Positions 40,696-53,352 of a DNA stretch of 64,000 nucleotides are shown one piece after another. The stretch covers positions 99,262,001-99,326,000 of the forward strand of contig NC_043002.1 of NCBI RefSeq assembly GCF_006345805.1, in the 5' to 3' direction. The stretch's first letter is position 1; every line of letters starts with the position of its first letter. Position numbers and translations under genes: made by a program. The notes below the pieces were generated by a model. It was given only the letters and a program-made list of their open reading frames with translations. It did no database searches and had not been told where the DNA came from. The stretch comes from Octopus sinensis (taxonomy: Eukaryota).

Positions 40696-41745
40696 TTAGT
40701 CTTTCTCTACATAGGAACCACCAAGAGTTACGCATTTCTCCCATTGTTTGATGCAGCTCTGGAGACCGTTTTTGTAGAAGACCCCAGCTTGGTCCTCCAA
40801 CCTGAACGTGACTTCAGAAATCGAGGCTGCATCATCTGGGAAACGCTTTCCTTTCAAAAACAACTTCATGACTGGGAAGAGGTGAAAATTAGAGGGTGCA
40901 AGGTCATGAAAGTAGGGGGTTGGGGGAGGAATTCATAGCCATACGCCTGTGCTTCTGATCTGGCGACAAGCGAGTTGTGGACCGGAGCGTTGTCCTGCAG
41001 GAGGAGGATGCCTTTGCTGATCTTGCTTCGCCTCTTGATTTTGATAGCTTCTCTTAATTTCCTCAAAAGTGAAGCATAATAGGCTCCTGCAATTGTGGTA
41101 CCCTTTGCCAAGAAATCTGTCATCTCTACTCCATCCTGGTCCCAGAGGACTGTGAGCATGACCTTGCCAGCGGAGGGCTGCAACCTTGCCTTCTTTGGAG
41201 GGGGTGAGTCACGGTGCTTCCACTGCATTGACTGGGCTTTTGTCTCTGGATCATCGTGATGGACCCAGGTTTCATCCTGTGTAATCAGTCTTTTGAAAAA
41301 TTTTGACTCATCTTCTTGGCACATCTCCAAATTCACCCTCGAGCACTCGACACGTTCTTGCTTCTGGAAAGGCGTGAGCAACCTGGGAATCCATCTGGCA
41401 GACACCTTTTGCATATGCAAATGGTCATGAATGATAGTTTCCACAGACCCGGTACTAATCTTGACCTCATGGGCTATTTGGCGAATAATTATGCGTTGAT
41501 CTTCCAAAATGGCAGCCTCAACTTGACGGACAGATGCCTCATCAATGGCAGAAGTGGCGACCAGATCTGGGAGCTGTTTCCACAGAGTTCCGACCATGTT
41601 TGAATTCACAATGCCAGCGTTTTACAAGTTCATATGATGGGGCATCATCACCATAAGTTACTTTCATTTCATCAAAAGTCTCCCGTGGTGTGCGTCCTTT
41701 CAAATACAAAAACCGGATCACTGCTCGACACTCAACAGGCTCCAT
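40696..41745 (-). pseudogene. Mariner transposase pseudogene (two frameshifts, third catalytic Asp reads Asn)
   Basis: MEPVECRAVIRFL..., WIPRLL, ITQDETWVH, LLQDNAPVH; shifted frame PYFHDLAPSNFHLF...WEKCVTLGGSYVEKD*. Confidence 0.92.
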
Positions 41746-41842
41746 TTCACACTTGACTCGGTTCAAACACCTGTAAATCAGACACCACAATTAATTCAGA
41801 GCTGTAATTTGCCACTTAATCTATAGAGATATAAATAATTGC

Positions 41843-41900
41843 ACATGCAAAATTTCATGTTAGATCAAACAACATGCAAAATTTCATGCTAGATCAAACA
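41843..41900. repeat. 29-bp tandem duplication in the mariner subterminal region
   Basis: acatgcaaaatttcatg(t/c)tagatcaaaca twice. Confidence 0.9.
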
Positions 41901-41955
41901 ACTGCAAGTGGGTCAGAGGCATTACTTATTGAACGTCCCTCGTATATATATATAT

Positions 41956-44900
41956 ATATATAAATATAACGATTTAGGAGTGACCCCAACAGGTCACTCG
42001 TCCACCAGAAAGAGCAGCCATAACTCACACCGCCAAGTATTATTAATTCAGAAATTAGGTGAAAATTTAAAAACATTTACCCTAATTCATCTTTTAGACG
42101 TTGCAACGTTTCTGTGTCATTAATGATTAAATTAGCTTAATTAAATTAAATTAAGCCAATCTACCATAGGTTACACTTCATCAGTAAAGACCTGGGAGAG
42201 ACAAATATACACGAGGCGTCTGTATCGAAGCCTACGGGATATCTGACTTAAAATTTTCAAGACTGACGTATTCGCGCCAAACTTATCAACAGTAAATATA
42301 AACTGCCGATTCAATCTCAGAATTATTCAGAAAATTATCAATTAGTCAATTTAGGGTAGCAAAAAAATTCAATAGAAATTTATCGCAACCAGCGGCCTGG
42401 TGAAAAAGAGAAAATAGTCATCGACTAAATATATAAATATAACGATTTAGGAGTGACCCCAACAGGTCACTCGTCCACCAGAAAGAGCAGCCATAACTCA
42501 CACCGCCAAGTATTATTAATTCAGAAATTAGGTGAAAATTTAAAAACATTTACCCTAATTCATCTTTTAGACGTTGCAACGTTTCTGTGTCATTAATGAT
42601 TAAATTAGCTTAATTAAATTAAATTAAGCCAATCTACCATAGGTTACACTTCATCAGTAAAGACCTGGGAGAGACAAATATACACGAGGCGTCTGTATCG
42701 AAGCCTACGGGATATCTGACTTAAAATTTTCAAGACTGACGTATTCGCGCCAAACTTATCAACAGTAAATATAAACTGCCGATTCAATCTCAGAATTATT
42801 CAGAAAATTATCAATTAGTCAATTTAGGGTAGCAAAAAAATTCAATAGAAATTTATCGCAACCAGCGGCCTGGTGAAAAAGAGAAAATAGTCATCGACTA
42901 AATATATAAATATAACGATTTAGGAGTGACCCCAACAGGTCACTCGTCCACCAGAAAGAGCAGCCATAACTCACACCGCCAAGTATTATTAATTCAGAAA
43001 TTAGGTGAAAATTTAAAAACATTTACCCTAATTCATCTTTTAGACGTTGCAACGTTTCTGTGTCATTAATGATTAAATTAGCTTAATTAAATTAAATTAA
43101 GCCAATCTACCATAGGTTACACTTCATCAGTAAAGACCTGGGAGAGACAAATATACACGAGGCGTCTGTATCGAAGCCTACGGGATATCTGACTTAAAAT
43201 TTTCAAGACTGACGTATTCGCGCCAAACTTATCAACAGTAAATATAAACTGCCGATTCAATCTCAGAATTATTCAGAAAATTATCAATTAGTCAATTTAG
43301 GGTAGCAAAAAAATTCAATAGAATTTATCGCAACCAGCGGCCTGGTGAAAAAGAGAAAATAGTCATCGACTAAATATATAAATATAACGATTTAGGAGTG
43401 ACCCCAACAGGTCACTCGTCCACCAGAAAGAGCAGCCATAACTCACACCGCCAAGTATTATTAATTCAGAAATTAGGTGAAAATTTAAAAACATTTACCC
43501 TAATTCATCTTTTAGACGTTGCAACGTTTCTGTGTCATTAATGATTAAATTAGCTTAATTAAATTAAATTAAGCCAATCTACCATAGGTTACACTTCATC
43601 AGTAAAGACCTGGGAGAGACAATATACACGAGGCGTCTGTATCGAAGCCTACGGGATATCTGACTTAAAATTTTCAAGACTGACGTATTCGCGCCAAACT
43701 TATCAACAGTAAATATAAACTGCCGATTCAATCTCAGAATTATTCAGAAAATTATCAATTAGTCAATTTAGGGTAGCAAAAAAATTCAATAGAAATTTAT
43801 CGCAACCAGCGGCCTGGTGAAAAAGAGAAAATAGTCATCGACTAAATATATAAATATAACGATTTAGGAGTGACCCCAACAGGTCACTCGTCCACCAGAA
43901 AGAGCAGCCATAACTCACACCGCCAAGTATTATTAATTCAGAAATTAGGTGAAAATTTAAAAACATTTACCCTAATTCATCTTTTAGACGTTGCAACGTT
44001 TCTGTGTCATTAATGATTAAATTAGCTTAATTAAATTAAATTAAGCCAATCTACCATAGGTTACACTTCATCAGTAAAGACCTGGGAGAGACAAATATAC
44101 ACGAGGCGTCTGTATCGAAGCCTACGGGATATCTGACTTAAAATTTTCAAGACTGACGTATTCGCGCCAAACTTATCAACAGTAAATATAAACTGCCGAT
44201 TCAATCTCAGAATTATTCAGAAAATTATCAATTAGTCAATTTAGGGTAGCAAAAAAATTCAATAGAATTTATCGCAACCAGCGGCCTGGTGAAAAAGAGA
44301 AAATAGTCATCGACTAAATATATAAATATAACGATTTAGGAGTGACCCCAACAGGTCACTCGTCCACCAGAAAGAGCAGCCATAACTCACACCGCCAAGT
44401 ATTATTAATTCAGAAATTAGGTGAAAATTTAAAAACATTTACCCTAATTCATCTTTTAGACGTTGCAACGTTTCTGTGTCATTAATGATTAATTAGCTTA
44501 ATTAAATTAAATTAAGCCAATCTACCATAGGTTACACTTCATCAGTAAAGACCTGGGAGAGACAAATATACACGAGGCGTCTGTATCGAAGCCTACGGGA
44601 TATCTGACTTAAAATTTTCAAGACTGACGTATTCGCGCCAAACTTATCAACAGTAAATATAAACTGCCGATTCAATCTCAGATTATTCAGAAAATTATCA
44701 ATTAGTCAATTTAGGGTAGCAAAAAAATTCAATAGAATTTATCGCAACCAGCGGCCTGGTGAAAAAGAGAAAATAGTCATCGACTAAATATATAAATATA
44801 ACGATTTAGGAGTGACCCCAACAGGTCACTCGTCCACCAGAAAGAGCAGCCATAACTCACACCGCCAAGTATTATTAATTCAGAAATTAGGTGAAAATTT

Positions 44901-45360
44901 AAAAACATTTACCCTAATTCATCTTTTAGACGTTGCAACGTTTCTGTGTCATTAATGATTAAATTAGCTTAATTAAATTAAATAAGCCAATCTACCATAG
45001 GTTACACTTCATCAGTAAAGACCTGGGAGAGACAAATATACACGAGGCGTCTGTATCGAAGCCTACGGGATATCTGACTTAAAATTTTCAAGACTGACGT
45101 ATTCGCGCCAAACTTATCAACAGTAAATATAAACTGCCGATTCAATCTCAGAATTATTCAGAAAATTATCAATTAGTCAATTTAGGGTAGCAAAAAAATT
45201 CAATAGAAATTTATCGCAACCAGCGGCCTGGTGAAAAAGAGAAAATAGTCATCGACTAAATATATAAATATAACGATTTAGGAGTGACCCCAACAGGTCA
45301 CTCGTCCACCAGAAAGAGCAGCCATAACTCACACCGCCAAGTATTATTAATTCAGAAATT
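41956..45360 (-). mobile_element. Tandem array of 7.2 x 473-bp units, each full unit with a hammerhead motif (candidate retrozyme)
   Basis: Unit marker gatttaggagtg at 41971, 42444, 42917, 43389, 43861, 44333, 44803, 45275; the only differences I saw are 1-nt deletions in homopolymer runs; (TA)n on both flanks. Confidence 0.95.
42090..42190 (-). ncRNA. Type I hammerhead motif in array unit 1 (repeated at about 42563, 43036, 43508, 43980, 44452, 44922)
   Basis: Minus strand TCTTTA-CTGATGA-A-GTGT[55 nt]ACAC-A-GAAAC-GTTGCAAC-GTC-TAAAAGA; predicted cleavage between 42097 and 42096. Confidence 0.75.
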
Positions 45361-46401
45361 ATATATATATATATGTGCGTGTGCATGAAGATACATATAT
45401 ATATATGTGTATGCGTATTTGCGTTTCTCTGTAATTATACCTACACCGTTTGAGAACCGGTGCTGGTTTGTTTACGGTTCTGTAAATTTGTCCGCTTCAG
45501 CAAAAGAAATCAGTGGAATAAATGCCACATTTATAAAGAATAAGTAGTGATACCATGTATGGCCGCTGTTTAAAGATTGAAAAACTCGAATGAATGAGCG
45601 AATAAAAGGTAAAAGAAAGAAAGCAGAATTATATCTTGCAGCTGACATCAAATTTAAGTTAAATATTTTAACGGTAAAATCACTGAACACACAAATTATG
45701 TTTCCCACAAAATATTCTCTTACTTGATTAACATGTTTGTTTTATAAAATTATATATTTTATTTAAGATTCAATTGATTTCTCAGCATATTAATTGTTTT
45801 TTACGATGCTAATGACATCATTCGTTGATTTTTTTTCTGTGATGTTTTTTCTATTCAATTGATGAAAATATTTATTCATCTGGCTGCAATGTTAGTTTGC
45901 AATCAAGCAAGGCATATAATCTAGCGAACTGAAGGTTAAAACCTAACAACTTAAACGGAATCAACCTATCTGTCTTCACTGCATCTCATAATCAAGTTAT
46001 TGAAGCATTTGAATCGAACATAATCTTCTGTAAAGGAAAATGCTTGTGCGTGTGAGAGGGAAATATAAAGGCTGTCATGTATTTATCAACATTACCATGA
46101 TTATATAATATATTCATGAAGGAGAGAAACGAAAAATAAAGAGAAGAAACCGTGGGGTGATAACATATATTTATTTCTTTAACTGATTAAATCATTTGGC
46201 TGTGGCCATACTGTGACATTGTCTTGAAATATTTAGAAGATAAAGTGAATCCTAGTACTTAATTTTTTTAAGGTTGGTTAAGTCATAGGCTCTTGTTTTG
46301 GAAATGGTTATAAGGACTTAAACAAACCAACATCAGCTGTCAAGCAGAGATATCCACGCCTACATGACTATCAGCTACCTCTCTCTCTCTCTCTCTCTCT
46401 C

Positions 46402-46886
46402 TTTACTCTTTTACTTGTTTCAGTCATTTGACTGTGGCCATACTGGAGCACCGCCTTTTTAGTCGAGCAAATCGACACCAGGACTTATTCTTTGTAAGCC
46501 TAGTACTTATTCTATCGGTCTCTTGTGCCGAACCGCTAAGTTACGGGGACGTAAACACACCAGCATCGGTTGTCAAGCGATGTTGGGGGCACAAACACAG
46601 ACACACAAACATATACACACATACATACATACATACATACATACATACGAACATACATACATACATACATACATACATACATACATACATACACACATAC
46701 ATATACATATATATATATATACACGACGGGCTTCTTTCAGTTCCCGTCTACCAAATCCACTCACAAGGCTTGGCCGGCCCGCGGCTATAGTAGAAGACAC
46801 TTGCCCAAGGTGCCAAGCAGTGGGACTGAACCTGAAACCATATGGTTCGTAAGCAAGCTACTTACCACACAGCCACTCCTACGCCT
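46402..46886 (-). mobile_element. Family O bipartite SINE with expanded internal (TACA)n
   Basis: Same modules as 10141-10540. Confidence 0.9.
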
Positions 46887-47024
46887 GTTTGTCTGTCTAT
46901 GTATGTATGTATGTATGTATGTATGTATGTGTGTATGTATGTCTATTTGTCTATCTGTCTGCCTCTCTGTCTGTCTTCTGAGTGTCTATCTAGACACATT
47001 TATACACATACATAACTCAAATTA

Positions 47025-48850
47025 CCGTATTTCCTGGAGTGGAAGACGGTACTTCTTATCTGAAATAAGTTTCGAAAATCTATCATGCGATCTGGAAGAC
47101 GAAGTTTGCATTTTTCATAGGCATATCCTAACCTCAGAAGAAATCTGTCTATGCTAGACAATAATCAGAACCCCTCTCTATGACCGCTCAGTGAAGTGTA
47201 TACATTATAGTTTGTTAAAGTAGTAAATAAACAAAAGTATCATAAAAAAAATTTAAGATATATACAATGAGAAAAATTCCCGTATGGGCAGTGTAAGTTA
47301 CACGTGGCAACTGACGAGTGATATTTTACATGTGTATCTATATTGCTGGTATCGTCACGCTCTTCAAACAACCTGACTTCCAGGGAACATTATTAAGTGT
47401 CGAAGATATAGGTTAAAAGGGTTTACGTTAAAAGGGATTATAAGCAAATATTAATAACAATGCTATTGTCATCACTTACTGTCTCTGATGGAACGTCTTG
47501 TGTTCAGACAGCAACAGAGGCTTCCTCCTTGATCTCTGAAACCATGGTCTTAACCAGTTCAAACCCGACCCTGCTGACATTAGAAGTGATCCGCAACTTC
47601 AGAAGATTTTACTTACAATGTTTAGCACAACCATTATTATCGTAACCTCAAGCAGAAGATACTCTTACACAGTCGACTACAAGCTACAAATGATTGAATA
47701 TGCCTTACAGCATGGAAACAGGGCAGCAGAGAAGCACTTTGGGGCACCGCCTGAGAATATGATTCGCTACTGGAAGAGACAAGAGGACCTGTTGAAGCCT
47801 ACATTACGTCTTAAACGTAACCTGCATCAGACGGCAGCTACGTCGCCAGAACTGGAGCAAGAGATGAAGGAGTGGATATAATTGCTGGGAGAAATTTTGG
47901 TATCGCAGATTCAATAAAAATGATTATCGATGAATTAAAAATTAGGGCAGCAGCACGAGGTCTGGGTGATTGTCGTGGTACATCAAGCTGGTGCTACAGA
48001 TTTATGAAGAGGAACGAACTAGCAATGAGAATGAAAACACGAATAGCACAAAAGTGCCTGAAGATTATAAGAAAATAATCGAATTTTATAGGTTCATAAT
48101 CAGTGCAAGAAAAGCGACTGACTACGAACTGGATCAGACAGGAAACATTGATGAGGTGTCACTAACGTGTCGATGTAGTATCGAATAGGACAGTGGATGT
48201 TAAAGGGGCCAAAACCATAAGTGTAAAGACATTTGGATATGAAAAATCCCATTATCCTGCAGTACTATCGTGTTGCGTTGATAGAACAAAACTGCCACCG
48301 TTGCTTATTTTAAAGAGAAAAACTTAACCAAAAGACAAAATTGAAAGTGAAATTTTTGTTCATGTCCATCTAAAAAGGTGGATGGATGAAGAGGTGTGAA
48401 GTTGTGGCTAAATAAATTCTGGTCAAAGTGTTCCGGTGACCTCCTTAAAAAAACATCCCTCTTGTGTGGTACCAGTTTCATATCTACAAAACAAAGAAAG
48501 GGTACAGAATATGAAATCGAAAATGGCAGTGATCCCTGATGGTTTACCAAGCCAATTACAGCCGCTGGACGTATCAATCAACAAGCCTTTTACGGCATTT
48601 AGAAAGAAAAGTCATCAGGGTCAGTATTGACCCTAATGACTTTTCTGGATTTGGGGATACGGATGACTGCAGTCAGTTTTCAGGATTTAAAGAGTGAAAT
48701 ATTTTCCTTACATTCGTACGCTTAATATTTGCTCACTTTTTAATATTCTTCTATGATAATTTCATTGTGACGTTTGTTTTGGATCCGTAAATGGTAATAA
48801 CATAAACTATTTTTAGGATTTGAAGATTAAAATATGTCGTCTTATTTGTA
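47025..48850 (+). mobile_element. Decayed pogo/Tigger-like DNA transposon (left end TA|CCGTATTTCC; right end not resolved)
   Basis: HTH YTVDYKLQMIEYA...RAAEKHFG; CENP-B-like SWCYRFMKRN; GNIDEVSL; LPPLLIFKRK; QPLDVSINKPF, in broken frames. Confidence 0.85.
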
Positions 48851-51466
48851 ATATTTCAACTGTGAAGATTTCAATCCCTGTTCTGTGTTTATTTTGTTCT
48901 ATTTGGGATGTCGTGTTTGCGTGGTACTTCTATAACTGATTACAATACGCAAAATATTTTCAGGATTTTATGATTAAAATGTTTTTTTATTGTGCAGATT
49001 TTACTGTAATCCTTATTTTCATTTTATTTCGTTGTTTGGGATGTCATGTTCATGTAGTATTTTTACAAGTGTAACTGTGCAATAAAATATTATTCCGTAT
49101 TTCTCACAATACTTTTCCGCTTGTGGAGTTTAGTTTTTCCTTTGTCTGGGACAAAATAAAAGTCCTGTATCAATCTACATCCAATACTATCAAAATCTTA
49201 AAATACTGTATCAGCTGTAACCCCATCCGTTTCCATGAACTGAGACACTATTAGTCGGAACCTTCCTGACGAAACTCATGTAGATAAAAATCACTGCTGG
49301 GCCGAACAGTGAATAGTCGAACTGGAATATCGTAGTGCAGGAGTGGGTTCAGAAATTTCTGGTGCGGGGTGGGTCTGAGATCTGATTCATTGCAATCTAT
49401 GAAACGACGTTGTAATATATTCAGAGATACTGAAACAATTAATTTTTAAAACAAACCCTTCAAAGGTTGTTTGTTGCTGCTACGAAAATATGCTTTCTAT
49501 CATACATATTTAAACAAACATTCAAATTAAAAATGTTTCTTAGTTGGGGGGGTCATTCCCCCTATCCCCCACCTCAGAATCCACCCATGTCGTAGTGTAG
49601 TCTCAGTATTACAGTGGATGCATAACGTTAGGCGTAAACTTTGGGAGTAAACTTGCCATATTAAGTCTCTGTACTCACGTTCCCACAAAACAAACTGGGA
49701 AGGTAGTTGAGTGCTGCCTTTTGTTAGTATTACAGACGCAAGTGTGGTGTAACAACGGGAGACAGTCACGGTTAGCCAACGTAAGGGATAGCGCAAAATA
49801 AATGCTAAGAGTATTTTAAGTGACGTGCATCTGTAAGGGTAGCAAAACCCGTAATAGCAGGACCTTGTTTTTATGTTTATTTATTTATTTATTTTTTAAA
49901 ATTTTAGTTGTCAAAATTGGGTTGCTTCCTCGAGGACGAAGCGTCTTCGACGCCAGAAAATATGCTGTTTACATTCTCAGTCTAAGAACATTTCATGTAG
50001 GGAAATATATATATATAAGAAATATTGGCACATCTCACATGTAGAATGATGTTTCACATGAAATCAAGCTGTGTTAAACTATAAGTAAGACAGAAGCATT
50101 ATGGTTCATTCAATCTTTTTCTCAGGTGAGAAATAATTAACAACATTTCCAATCACCGTAATAGTGATAGTTGTATATGTGTTTTAGAAGTTTCATGGTA
50201 ACATCATCAATATTATAGTGACAGATACAACTGGGAAACGTGTCTATATGTGGAAGATAGATGTCAGTTACATTATTACTTAAAAGCATCAGAGGTTATG
50301 TAAATATTTTCACGTAACCTCTTTCATGATATGAAACCTCTGCAGTTGTGGTGATTAATGATTTAATGTCAATTTTCTATTGATTTTGAACGTAATCAAA
50401 ATATTTGTTTGTTTTTTCCGCAAGAGAGTTGTTAACACCTCAGTCGGAAGTAAAACTTTACTTTTCAGATATATTGCTTATTGTTCAGGAGGCAAGATTG
50501 GTGTAATTTGTGTTACATCAGAACATTACTTTTAGATTTATATTCTGTGTTCGATTGGGGCAAGATCCTTCGTGGTTATTTAGAAATGTAATTGTCAATA
50601 ACTTCATACGCTTGCATTATTTCTGCTGGAGAAAATTATACAAATTCTCCTGAACCTCATAATTTTCCTATATAAAATGATAGTTTTCACTTTTCTAGTC
50701 TGCGTTTATCGTTTTGTGATTCCATTCGCAATTGAGCATTGCAGCCGTTATCTTCAAGCGCCCCTTAAACAAGTAACAATATTTAAGTGGTGTAAACTTA
50801 TCATCCCTATAATTAGCATCAATATTAGCCGAACTGGTCAATTTTCATGAAATTCTTACTATTTTATCCAGATTTATGTTATTTAATATGTTGCGGGATA
50901 AAATCTGTAATCTCGCTGATGTTATGTTATTTGAGCATAAATAAATATAATCTTGCTTCGAATAAGGATTTCACATATGTATCTAAAGAAATAAACAACC
51001 ACCCGTAAATGACATTTTCCAAGCACGGACAATGATACAGCTTTGTTACAAGATTTTCTTTGTTTCGTAATTGACATCGAGTTTCTTTATATTTGCTATT
51101 GCTTAAATTGTCTTTCTGATTGCCACTGTTTCATTTAGCAACAACTTAACGTAGTCTAAGCTGAGCATTCCAATTCATTTTCAGTGGCACTTTTTAAAAG
51201 ATTGTCTTTTCTACTATGTTAATTTTAAAATTGATATTGTAAATGAAGAACAATTTGCCTGCTATTTCTTTCAAACGTTGTAGAGATTCCGTGGTTGGGT
51301 CGTGACTCTGGTTAGAATGTTAGTCGAAAATACTTTACTTTCAACTTAATATTATCAACCACGGGAATAATCTTAAAACAAGTTCTTTCTTTTCACTTTT
51401 CACGGGGCCATGTATAATAGTGTAGCCGTATTAGCTCACTATAATATTAGCATTTTGTGAAGGCGC

Positions 51467-51552
51467 AATGGCCCAGTGGTTAGGGCAGCGGACTCGCGGT
51501 CGGAGGATCGCAGTTTCGATTCCCAGACCGGGCGTTGTGTGTGTTTATTGAG
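51467..51552 (+). mobile_element. Family N SINE head fragment
   Basis: gtgaaggcgcaatggcccagtggttagggcagcggactcgcgg... Confidence 0.85.
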
Positions 51553-51741
51553 GCTTTTTTGATAGCTCGGTGTGTAGCAGTTTCTAATGAAACTGGTGCT
51601 TTAGATCCATGAAAATTATTTCAGTAGAGCTCGAATTGCAGTTTCTAATACTGTCGGTTACTGGACATGATTGATTCATTCATTCATTTCCTGTGTAATG
51701 TCCTTCCCCTATTCCCTACCATTATAAAAGAAAAACAATTG

Positions 51742-51784
<43 letters not shown>

Positions 51785-53291
51785 CGAAACTTAATCAGTG
51801 AGTAGATATACAATTTGTGAAAGAGTTCCCAGTGCATGCAGTGAAACACATGGATGTTTTAGACAAAATACTATTTCAGGAAACTGCATTATAACGGATT
51901 TTGAACGGAAATGCTGCTAAGATTTATTTCTACGTTTACTAAGGCTTCGTAGAAACAGCGTTCTTCTCTCCCTCACTTTTCTATTTATTTCATTACAAGC
52001 TCATACAAATAAATAAAAATAGATGTTTGTGACGTATAAAAAACAGACACAATTTTGAATTGCCAGCATTCATTCATATAAAAAATCAACTCTTAGGTTA
52101 CAAAATTACAAACGTTACAGTCTACAGACATCCACGTGTTTATGTAATGATTGCACACTGTAATAACAGAAAATATAACATGTGGTTATATTACACATGT
52201 ACACACACGTATGTGTGTATGTAGGTAGGTATGTTAGTATGTATGTATATATATATAAATATGTGTGTGTATGTGTGTATGTGTGTGTGTTTGTGTACTT
52301 AAAATCATAAACATATAGATATATACATTTTTGTATGAATCATATATATATATATATATATATATAAACACACATGTATCTGCATATGTAAACATGTGTA
52401 TGTATTTGTATATATACGCACACACGTATTGGTTACATCCTTCACAAATGAACGTACATCAAAACTGAAGTGAACTCGGTTCAGGCGGAAATCAAAAACT
52501 ACTTACAATCGCGGCTCACTTGAATCTTATTTCCGATTTACACAACAGTAAAAAGATTAAAGTAAATGTAATGTAATGTTATTATCAACTGAACAACATT
52601 ATTTAATAATTAAGTTCTATATTTCTTACTTCTTATAATTTCAAACTTTTGCAAATAATCTAATTTTGTTCCATATAAACGTTTCTTTTTTGTCCATAGT
52701 GTTTTGCATTATTGAAGACTTGTTTTCAAATTATCAAAATGATTTGGGAAATAATTTTGATATGACATGTTTCAACTTCGCAGCTATAAGAAAAATCCTT
52801 GCTGTATATTATCGAACGTATATCATTTCAGCAGGAAATAAACTATCGTCTTCGCTTGGGAATATGACAACTTGAAGAACATAACTTGTTTTTGAAATGT
52901 TATCTAACGGAATAATAATGAAGTATTACGAATGACAGTTACTGTTTCTCGGCGAATTGCACTATTAAAGAAGAAAAAAGTATTATGTAGATCTAGATAT
53001 TGAAACTCTTCTCTGATTTTATTATTGCATTGAAGGGTGTACATTTGAAGCCAAGTCTGATCTCAGCAATGATTACTATACAAAAGATTGTTGTAAAATA
53101 TATCGTGCATATATATCCTCTTTATAACGAAATATGATTTGAAAATATGAATGAAGCTTTAGATATTTTTGAAACGAGAAATTGAAAGCTTAGATATCAT
53201 ATCTTTCGGAAGAGTGTCAATGACCTTGTAATGAATGACACCTGCAATACTGAAATTTTACATGACTGAAACGAAAAGTAAGAACTCATAC

Positions 53292-53352
53292 CCTTGTACC
53301 ACAGCATGCCGCCAGAACTTATCAACACCTGATTCGACGTCGCTTCCTGCTT
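53292..53352 (-). CDS. Putative host exon (61 nt; KQEATSNQVLISSGGMLWYK)
   Basis: Acceptor atcatcccacAG, donor G|GTATGA; phase-compatible with the exon at 54661-54784. Confidence 0.35.

Larger units (their letters stand above)
40623..41942 (-). mobile_element. Full-length mariner (DD34D family) transposon, 1320 bp, in (TA)n
   Basis: TIRs cgaggggcgttcaataagtaatgcccctgacccactt at both ends (2 mismatches), TA flanks. Confidence 0.95.

Noticed and set aside
41956-45360. CRISPR-like array or ordinary satellite
   Set aside because: There are no unique spacers and the context is eukaryotic; each unit is a full 473-bp copy. The hammerhead motif and TA-tract junctions argue against a featureless satellite.
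41956-45360. TRIM/LTR tandem array or Helitron array
   Set aside because: No TG...CA LTR ends, PBS or PPT were seen, and there is no 5' TC or properly spaced hairpin-CTRR terminus.
49255-49320. CTGACGA...GAAC hammerhead-like string
   Set aside because: It lacks an intact GAAA box and I found no stem I or stem III pairing.
49670-49725. TACTAAC branch point plus GTGAGT donor on the minus strand (possible micro-exon)
   Set aside because: Several competing acceptors and no way to fix the phase from sequence alone.
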